Virus record (IMG/VR): IMGVR_UViG_3300033153_005694 | Coordinates: 19,028 to 83,027 of that record | Length of the DNA: 64,000 bases | Direction: 5' to 3' (one strand) | From: a virus | Shown: positions 58,340-64,000 of the stretch, in pieces | Position numbering within the stretch: position 1 is the stretch's first letter | Layout: each line of letters opens with the position of its first letter | The notes under the pieces: generated by a model | The model's database searches: none | Told to the model about the DNA's origin: nothing | The model's input: only the letters and a program-made list of their open reading frames with translations | Program-made: the position numbers and the translations under genes

Positions 58340-58762
58340 TTAGATAAGTAATTCTGGTTTGTGTCGGCGTAAATAGTCTACGACTTCACTAGGTAAATCT
58401 TGCGGAGTAAAATCTTGTATGTGGGAATCTACAGACTCTGAATAATAGCCGTTAGATGAGTCATGCCATTTGATGTCTACATAGCCTTTGATAGTGGCTA
58501 GAGTGTAGAATGTCCAAGTTTCGGATTCACCATAGTTGGTATCGGCATGGTACACTTTTTTGTCAACACGAAGTAGTGGATTGTAGAGTAGATTATCAAG
58601 ATTACCGACTATATCGTCAATAACAACTTCCTCGCAGCAATCTTGGTCATGTCGTATAGTGACTACTTTGCCGTTAGCTAGATAAAACTTGATGTTATCA
58701 TCTAGGTCTTCGCTACGTGTAAGTTTGATATAGATAGGTATCTGGTTTTTAAGGTTTTGCAT
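58340..58762 (-). CDS. Conserved phage protein (H.QDCCE.V...TWTFY...SNGYYSESV) with KPELLI tag
   Basis: Recognisable conserved phage hypothetical motif plus an appended tail carrying the tag. Confidence 0.7.
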   Translation of the reverse strand: MQNLKNQIPIYIKLTRSEDLDDNIKFYLANGKVVTIRHDQDCCEEVVIDDIVGNLDNLLYNPLLRVDKKVYHADTNYGESETWTFYTLATIKGYVDIKWHDSSNGYYSESVDSHIQDFTPQDLPSEVVDYLRRHKPELLI

Positions 58763-58769
58763 AGTAGTC

Positions 58770-59039
58770 CTAGATAAATAATTCAGGGTTAGAAGTTTTG
58801 TAAAGCTCTGGATGGTTGTGGATAATAGCTAAAAGTAAATCTGTAAGATCGTAGCTACGTTTAATGTCACTATAGTAAGAATCTTTAGCGAATTTGGTAA
58901 TAGAGTATTTGTTATCGAGTAATCGAAATAGATATTCATGGTCGTCTAAATCACTAGGTTTTACAAGTTGGTGAAATGTGTAATCGATGGATATACCTAG
59001 CTGTTGCTGGGCATTGTCCATGAGTTGTTGAGGTGTCAT
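58770..59039 (-). CDS. Hypothetical protein with NPELFI tag
   Basis: ORF track; also an internal HPELY copy. Confidence 0.6.
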   Translation of the reverse strand: MTPQQLMDNAQQQLGISIDYTFHQLVKPSDLDDHEYLFRLLDNKYSITKFAKDSYYSDIKRSYDLTDLLLAIIHNHPELYKTSNPELFI

Positions 59040-59530
59040 TATATTGGCAATCTGCCTAGTAATCTAGTTGCTGTGTGTGAGATTTGAGTAGTGCCCATTT
59101 TTCTCCATTTAGATTTGTAAGATGATTGGCCGTTAATTAAGTCAACTGCAGATTCCTCTTTGTTAGTTGACTCGTGTAGCATCTGTTTAGCTTGCTTTTT
59201 AATAGTGTTTGCGGCTAAAACATGGAAGTTTGTGTAGTAAGCTGAAGATTTGATGTATAAGCCTCTGAACGCTAGAATCCTGTTAAGTTGAGTGTAAGCT
59301 GAAACTCGTCTAAGACCTAGTTCCATTGGATTGGTAGCAGTTGCTAAGCCGGGTACTAACCAAGCTAGATTAGAATCAAGCCATGCTGCAGTAAAGTCTG
59401 CACCTTGCTGAAATGTAGATTTGTTAGCTGAGATGAAATCGTTGATTGTAGTTACTTTAGCTTCCATTCTTTGAAGTCTTGTATTGTATCTTGTTTGAGC
59501 TTTGCTGTGGATTAGTTTTGTCTTTGTCAT
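59039..59530 (-). CDS. Hypothetical basic protein
   Basis: AGGAG SD. Confidence 0.6.
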   Translation of the reverse strand: MTKTKLIHSKAQTRYNTRLQRMEAKVTTINDFISANKSTFQQGADFTAAWLDSNLAWLVPGLATATNPMELGLRRVSAYTQLNRILAFRGLYIKSSAYYTNFHVLAANTIKKQAKQMLHESTNKEESAVDLINGQSSYKSKWRKMGTTQISHTATRLLGRLPI

Positions 59531-59573
59531 AATGTTCTCCTATGAATTCGGTGGTTGTGTATAACACGACTAG

Positions 59574-59628
59574 TAGTACTTACAGAGACAAGTAAAAGGT
59601 ATTAAAAAACTTGCCTCTGTAAATACTA
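59574..59628 (-). promoter_or_regulatory. 20-bp RNA hairpin (RNase III-site-like) upstream of the 59530 ORF
   Basis: TAGTATTTACAGAGGCAAGT / ACTTGTCTCTGTAAGTACTA; both mismatches are G-U pairs on the minus-strand RNA. Confidence 0.6.
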
Positions 59629-60575
59629 ATAAATATCTAGTTACTTCTTACTAAGCTTTTGCTGCTCATTTGCTTCACTAGATAAATTTGTTGGTGTTAT
59701 CCTTTGATATTTGGTATGGGGATAACTCTGTCTATGGTTGTAATTAGGTCTGATTGTAGATCCATTACGTCAAATATAGATTTGTAGGCTTTAGGGTTTC
59801 ACCCAAAGCTTACCCTTTTTTTCGTGGTTAGTAACTAAGGTGAGACATCTTTGATGTGAGAACCTAGGTCAAGGGTGTCTTTAGCTTTTCGTCGGGATAG
59901 TACTCGTCCTGTATGTTTGTAAGTTTCTTGGTTATTTTGTTTTTCTTTTTGATGAATGCTAAAATGTTTATTAATTTGTTCTTTACCATTATCTATTCTT
60001 TATTTGATTAAGTGTAATATACATTAAAGAACACTCACACCTTAAGGAAGAAAGGTGTAGGAGATGAGTATCTAATTACATAGTTATACTGGTACTACTA
60101 AAGCTGTTAGTATTTCGTTTTCTGGTGTTGTGTCTTTAAGAACTTCGGTATATATCTTTGAAGGTTTGTCTGTTGCTTTGATTCGTGCTGGGTAATTAGC
60201 TCTCATTACCAATCTTTCCAAGCTATTAATGCCGTTACAGGTATAATGATATACCAATAAGCTAGAGCAGCTAGATTATGTCCTGCAACTCCGACTGATC
60301 CGCCTAACCAAAATGCCCAAGCATACTTTTTTATAAAATTCATGTGATTCCTTTGTTAAATACTTACTAGAATCCAAGTTGCTTTTGCAATACGGTTGGA
60401 TTCCATAAATATTTATTGTTTTACAACTACTTCCTCTAGTTGTCAAGTAACTGTGGTTTTGTTAGAACAGGTTACCCTGTTGGCACTTATGTTCTGGTTT
60501 GTTTACAATATAGATGAGCCCGAAGCTGGCAGATTAGTGTACATGTAGTAACTAAGAGCTGTCTGAGCGAATAAA

Positions 60576-61322
60576 TTAGCTAGCCTTTGTCACTGAAATT
60601 GGTACTTGTGTTGCTACTTCTTTGTGAAGTTTGTAAGTAAGAACTTTACAGCCCCATAACCTAGTGTTTGCTTGTACTTCGGTGATGATTTGGTCTAAAG
60701 AGTCGGCTGTTGCTGTTGCTATTTCAGAACCGTTTTTACTGTAAACTATGACGATAAGTTTAGATCTGTTTTCATAGTCTGTAGTTGGTATTGCTGCACC
60801 GAAAGCTGCTATTAAAATATCTTGTAAAGAAGATGTGTGTGCTGAGTTCATAGTTGGTTCCTTTGGCTCTGTATGAGCTATAGTTGATGTGTAAGTAACA
60901 GCGTCAATAGAATCGTCGTGATTAGTAGTAGGTTTACATAATACTCGAACTGAGGTATGTGGGGGTGTAATATACAGATTAGTTTTTATACGTGTTCCTA
61001 TATGTGTATTACCAGGAGTATCTTCACATTTGCCTATAGTTCCGATAGGGGTTTTGTAGCCAGAAGCTACGGTATACTCAGAAGTGAATATAACTTTATC
61101 ACCTTTGATGGCTTCAGATCCTGGTTTAGTTTTGACTAATTTAAAATGTTTAGTAAATCTATATCCTGAATCATCAATTAATGTTAATTTTTCTGAGTTA
61201 TTAATTGATTTAATAATAGATAATGTACCTATAGCAAGATTTGCTCCAGGTTGAGTAGATATTCGTTCAACTATATCTCCTGGTTTGGCTTGGTCGATGG
61301 GTAGGTATTCGTAGTTATTCAT
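60576..61322 (-). CDS. Hypothetical protein with an internal repeat (AKPGD / AIKGD)
   Basis: AAGGAG SD; ORF track. Confidence 0.55.
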   Translation of the reverse strand: MNNYEYLPIDQAKPGDIVERISTQPGANLAIGTLSIIKSINNSEKLTLIDDSGYRFTKHFKLVKTKPGSEAIKGDKVIFTSEYTVASGYKTPIGTIGKCEDTPGNTHIGTRIKTNLYITPPHTSVRVLCKPTTNHDDSIDAVTYTSTIAHTEPKEPTMNSAHTSSLQDILIAAFGAAIPTTDYENRSKLIVIVYSKNGSEIATATADSLDQIITEVQANTRLWGCKVLTYKLHKEVATQVPISVTKAS

Positions 61323-61500
61323 GTTGCTCCTTTCGTGGATGTGTGTGTTTTTCTAACATATTTTCGAGAAGATAAATGGCTTCTTGGTATGCTTCAGAAG
61401 CTGAAGTGTGTAGTTTAGATTCTTCGAAGTCTCTGAGTGTTTCAAGTTGCTCAATCACAATAAGTATTGGTAGGTGTAGTGGTTTGGCTGCTGTTATCAT
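61315..61500 (-). CDS. Hypothetical protein
   Basis: AAGGA SD. Confidence 0.5.
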   Translation of the reverse strand: MITAAKPLHLPILIVIEQLETLRDFEESKLHTSASEAYQEAIYLLENMLEKHTHPRKEQHE

Positions 61501-61750
61501 ATGATTCCTTGCTATTTAAGATATTTGATTACTTTTGCAACTTTGCGAGTGTAGTCTAGATTAGTTATCTGGTTGCCTTGGCTATAAACCCAGTTGGTAC
61601 GCTTACGATCTAGTTTCCAGTATAAGGGTTCAGCTAACACTGTTTTGATTGCCTAGGAATTGTCGGTTACTAGTTCAGAAGTGTAAAAGAATTTATTGAA
61701 ATGTGTTTGTTCAACTTTAAGTCTGCGAAGTAAAGAGCAAGTAGCGCATA

Positions 61751-61939
61751 TTAAATGGTTCTATTTACTATTGGATTGTAGGAAGTTAGAGTATAGCCAA
61801 TGTATTTGTCGTAGCCGTAGGTTACGATTGCATAGTGGTCGAGTATTTCGTCGTACACTTTGTAGTGATGTGTATCTATGGTCTTTTGGTAGACTAGGCC
61901 GTGCTCTTGTAGGAGTTTGATTAAAGTGGTAATCTTCAT
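61751..61939 (-). CDS. Hypothetical protein
   Basis: ATGA-coupled to the upstream gene. Confidence 0.5.
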   Translation of the reverse strand: MKITTLIKLLQEHGLVYQKTIDTHHYKVYDEILDHYAIVTYGYDKYIGYTLTSYNPIVNRTI

Positions 61940-62268
61940 GGTAGTTCCTTGAATAGTAGGGTACCGTCGAGGTTTTCGGCTTTGTTTCCTGGATCTTTAC
62001 AGATTTGAAGAAAGTCGTTTCTAAGGTTAATTAGGGTTGAATGAGTACCCATATTTTTGATTTTCTTGAAGCTAATTTTTTCGATGTCGAATACTCGCTG
62101 TTTTGTAACTCCTAGAAATATAGCTATTTCCTCTTGGCTAAATTCAACGTTTGTTAGTTGAAAATAAGCTAGTGTTTTGATAGTAGCATTTAATCGAGAT
62201 ACATTAGTACGTTTGGTATATTCGTTGATGAATTGTAGGATGGTATTGATTGATTCGGGTTGTAGCAT
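61936..62268 (-). CDS. Stand-alone sigma70 region-4-like HTH protein
   Basis: FSQEEIAIFLGVTKQRVFDIEKISFKKIK matches the T..EI...L.VT.ERVRQIE..AL.KL pattern. Confidence 0.7.
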   Translation of the reverse strand: MLQPESINTILQFINEYTKRTNVSRLNATIKTLAYFQLTNVEFSQEEIAIFLGVTKQRVFDIEKISFKKIKNMGTHSTLINLRNDFLQICKDPGNKAENLDGTLLFKELP

Positions 62269-62270
62269 GG

Positions 62271-63014
62271 TTATTCTCCTGTGAATAGTTTATCTTTTTC
62301 TTCTTTTGTTACTAGTCTCCAATTGCTATTAATTATACTATAACTATTACTTCTAGCATCATATACTTTACTGTTTTCATAGTAATGAACCCAAGCTCCC
62401 ATACCACTGTTTGTAACAATTAAAGCTGAAAAGTTATTAGGATTTTCATACCATTCTTTTTTAATTGGTGTTAAGTTATATTTACCTATATCTTCTTTAG
62501 TATAACAATCTGGTCCAATTTGTGTTGCATTACCATTAACCCATTTAGCACAAAATACATAGCCTAAACTGTTTATTACAATACCAAAGAGCGCATTGTT
62601 TCTCTCACAAAATATTTCGCCTTCGAAATCAGCTGTAAAGCCATAGTCTTTAAAGTTATTTAATCTTGAGGTTTGAAGTTTTTTATTGCTTGATTCATTT
62701 TCCAATTCGAATATAATATTGCTAGAATTCCTATTGTTAATGGTATTGTTAATGCTTCCATCTTCTTCTCCTTTAGTGTATACCCATTTGTTAATTTTTG
62801 TGTTGAAATGGATTTGTTTTTTATGCGTTTCATTATTTGCCGTAAACTCTTTATCTTCATGTACATATAAATAAGAAAAATTAAATTCTGTAATTTCTTC
62901 TAATACTGAAGGTATAGCCTCAAAAGGTTTGCAATCTGATTTAACCAACTCATTATAGTGTAATTGTGTAGCTTCACAATATGTATTAGTGAAGTCTGTT
63001 ATTATGTTGGACAT
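62271..63014 (-). CDS. Hypothetical protein
   Basis: ORF track; AT-rich. Confidence 0.55.
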   Translation of the reverse strand: MSNIITDFTNTYCEATQLHYNELVKSDCKPFEAIPSVLEEITEFNFSYLYVHEDKEFTANNETHKKQIHFNTKINKWVYTKGEEDGSINNTINNRNSSNIIFELENESSNKKLQTSRLNNFKDYGFTADFEGEIFCERNNALFGIVINSLGYVFCAKWVNGNATQIGPDCYTKEDIGKYNLTPIKKEWYENPNNFSALIVTNSGMGAWVHYYENSKVYDARSNSYSIINSNWRLVTKEEKDKLFTGE

Positions 63015-63024
63015 TGTTTATCCT

Positions 63025-63432
63025 TTATAATGCTTTAAGTAATATTGGTAAAGCTTTAAGGTATTTAGCTTTTTGTTTGTCGGAGGGATTACAAGACATA
63101 TTATGTAGCATATCTGCTATTTTGATTTTAGTAGCTCTAGACGAACTAGTTAAACTTAATAAATAGTTACTGTAAAGTTGGTTAGGTTTTTTAGTTAATA
63201 AGTATATATCTAATAATACATCACCGCGTACACCTAAGTTTTGTAGCTCGATTCCTGTGATAATAGTATCTTCGATTACATCATGTAGGTATGCTATGAT
63301 TTTTTCTTCTTCTGTATCCATCATATCAGCTACTGCTATTGGATGAGTGTGGTAAGGTGTTGTTTTATCTTTGCGGAATTGTCCTTGGTGAGCTGAGATG
63401 CATAGTTGTTTTGCTTGTTTTACAGTTATCAT
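63025..63432 (-). CDS. HD-domain hydrolase, SpoT/Mesh1-like (putative (p)ppGpp hydrolase)
   Basis: AHQGQFRK...PYHTHP..VA, AYLHDVIEDT, LLTK, IKIADMLHN. Confidence 0.85.
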   Translation of the reverse strand: MITVKQAKQLCISAHQGQFRKDKTTPYHTHPIAVADMMDTEEEKIIAYLHDVIEDTIITGIELQNLGVRGDVLLDIYLLTKKPNQLYSNYLLSLTSSSRATKIKIADMLHNMSCNPSDKQKAKYLKALPILLKAL

Positions 63433-63662
63433 TATATTACTCCTGCTCTAGTTCGTCGTTTAAGTTCTGCTTTAATTAGGTCTATATTAGCAGATACTTT
63501 GCTTAGCTCTAAGTACAGCTCTTGACAATAATTACTTTCTTCTATACTACATTGATTACAATTATCCCATTGTCGTTTTATGGATTTGCTTTTGTCTTTG
63601 TTGAATAATAGTAGAGTTTCAAGGTCGATTGTTGCTGTTTTCATTAATTCTGTTTCTCTCAT
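63432..63662 (-). CDS. Hypothetical protein
   Basis: ORF track. Confidence 0.5.
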   Translation of the reverse strand: MRETELMKTATIDLETLLLFNKDKSKSIKRQWDNCNQCSIEESNYCQELYLELSKVSANIDLIKAELKRRTRAGVI

Positions 63663-64000
63663 AGTTTAGCCTTTAAATGATTGTAGGTAGCTACTAAAGC
63701 TATAAGAGCATACCAGTAAAATAACTGCAGCTTGTATTGCTATAGATAATATAGCTAGTCCTTGAGGATTGCCAATAATTAAAATAATAGTTAATATTAA
63801 TGGGGAAATAACACTAAATAGTGCTAATAACGTGATGTATAAATGAAGTATAATTGGTCCTTTACGTTGTATAGTTGTTATCTAGTTGTAATATATCAGA
63901 ATGAAACATTTTATAAATTCCACATCCTGTAAGAAGGCGGTCTCCATTATATCTCATAGCTTTGTATTTTCGAAGAATTTTAGTTTCTTGTTCCATTGCG

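Noticed and set aside
33893-59039. Tag repeats as a CRISPR array or integron attC sites
   Set aside because: The repeats are degenerate at third codon positions, irregularly spaced and not palindromic, and no cas or integrase gene is seen.
1-64000. Canonical tRNA or rRNA genes, integrase, terminase
   Set aside because: None was recognisable by eye; the terminase probably lies upstream of the portal, outside the window.

Overview
A 64-kb segment of an N4-like (Schitoviridae-type) dsDNA phage genome. The host is probably a Campylobacterota (epsilon-proteobacterial) bacterium, inferred from the ThyX type and from periodic TTTAAG-N11-TATAAT promoters. The + strand (1-24052) carries the virion module: portal, N4-gp56-type major capsid, tail and ejection proteins, and a giant virion RNA polymerase split into two ORFs. 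The - strand (24041-64000) carries nucleotide metabolism, replication and early genes: thyX, PhoH, ClpP-like protease, NrdD/NrdG, a split family A DNA polymerase, SF1 helicase, SSB, AAA ATPase, PD-(D/E)XK nuclease, rIIA, primase/helicase, lysozyme, MoxR/VWA pair, a sigma-region-4 protein and an HD hydrolase. The most striking signal is that about 25 otherwise mostly unrelated accessory ORFs between 33.9 and 59 kb end in the same C-terminal peptide, x-P-E-(L/Y/F)-(F/L)-(I/L)-stop, encoded with synonymous codon variation, while core genes lack it. Also present: a group I intron with an HNH gene splitting the GNHD motif of a metallophosphoesterase; an intron-less HNH cassette splitting thyX; free-standing endonucleases flanked by direct repeats; candidate structured RNAs; and several frameshifted or decaying genes. 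All product calls come from motif recognition by eye, not from database searches.
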